DNA from: Lama glama
Lineage: Eukaryota
Assembly: GCA_028534125.1 (NCBI GenBank)
Contig: CM052817.1
Span: forward strand, 94,862,001 to 94,926,000
Reading direction: 5' to 3'
DNA: 64,000 bases
Part shown: positions 63,584 through 64,000 of the stretch, one piece after another
Numbering within the stretch: the first letter of the stretch is position 1
Layout of the letters: every line of letters starts with the position of its first letter
Program-made: the position numbers and the translations under genes
The notes under the pieces: model-generated
The model's input: only the letters and a program-made list of their open reading frames with translations
Database searches by the model: none
Told to the model about the DNA's origin: nothing

Positions 63584-64000
63584 TGATCTCCACGTTGTCT
63601 TCTCTTTAGCTTCATCTACTCAGGCTTAAACCATATCGTCACATGAGCTATGTGCCTGCATATTTTGCATCACATAGAACATGTAACATTCCTGACACAT
63701 TCTACCTCTGGGTCCCTTCTTTTGAATGAGTCAGAAAAAGAATGAATGAGTGAGTAACAAATAGAACTGGAAAAACAGAATTTCAGTCACCAGTAAAACT
63801 GGAACAATACCTGTTCACTGAATATCACTCAGTAAATGATGGTGGCTTGGGAATCAGAAGAAGTTTATGACTCCTGAAAACTGCTCTTCTGATGGTCAAA
63901 AATGCGACCATCGTCTCACAAACAAAACGAGAAAGAAATAGAGCAGACATGGGCTGTTCAACAATAAGCAAGCACAGATGATGCCCTCACTTTCCTTGGC

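Larger units (their letters stand above)
1..64000 (+). other. HHIP: HHIP gene body (partial): intron 4 through exons 5-11 into intron 11
   Basis: Seven GT-AG exons splice into one open frame matching HHIP as I recall it. No start codon exon or EGF/C-terminal exons recognised, so both gene ends are inferred to lie outside the window. Confidence 0.96.

Noticed and set aside
60925..63657. 16-bp direct repeat catgagctatgtgcct at 60925 and 63642
   Set aside because: Roughly one exact 16-mer pair is expected by chance in 64 kb, and the flanks show no similarity.
1..64000. A novel multi-gene system (operon, CRISPR array, defence island, viral insert)
   Set aside because: The sequence is ordinary mammalian intron/exon DNA. 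I saw no repeat-spacer array, no long ORFs, and no intact transposase, RT or retroviral genes.
50695..64000. HHIP exons 12-13 (EGF domains)
   Set aside because: I found no cysteine-patterned exon in phase 2 here, so they are presumed downstream of the window.

Overview
Mammalian genomic DNA, AT-rich and repeat-strewn. The repeat content points to a camelid (alpaca/camel-like): five copies of a Vic-1-like tRNA SINE, artiodactyl-type L1 3' ends, a Tigger1-derived MITE, and no Alu, Bov-tA, PRE1 or Can-SINE that I could see. The whole window lies inside HHIP (hedgehog-interacting protein, + strand). It holds the distal ~38 kb of the large intron 4, seven internal coding exons (human numbering 5-11; 929 nt, residues ~278-587, beta-propeller including the Hedgehog-binding D383 loop) and the first ~13 kb of intron 11. 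All splice sites are GT-AG and the frame is intact. Almost all ORFs in the supplied track are spurious. I found no convincing new gene system. The best leads are regulatory or evolutionary: a GLI-motif cluster in intron 4 (candidate Hedgehog feedback enhancer), an orphan CpG island, a SINE carrying ~100 nt of captured 3' sequence inside perfect TSDs, a perfect 35-bp repeat 1.3 kb apart, a twin-primed L1, a GC/CpG burst over exon 7, and a long open frame reading through the weak exon 10 donor. Repeat family names and human residue comparisons come from memory of consensus or reference sequences, not from searches. Repeat boundaries are approximate unless TSDs are given.
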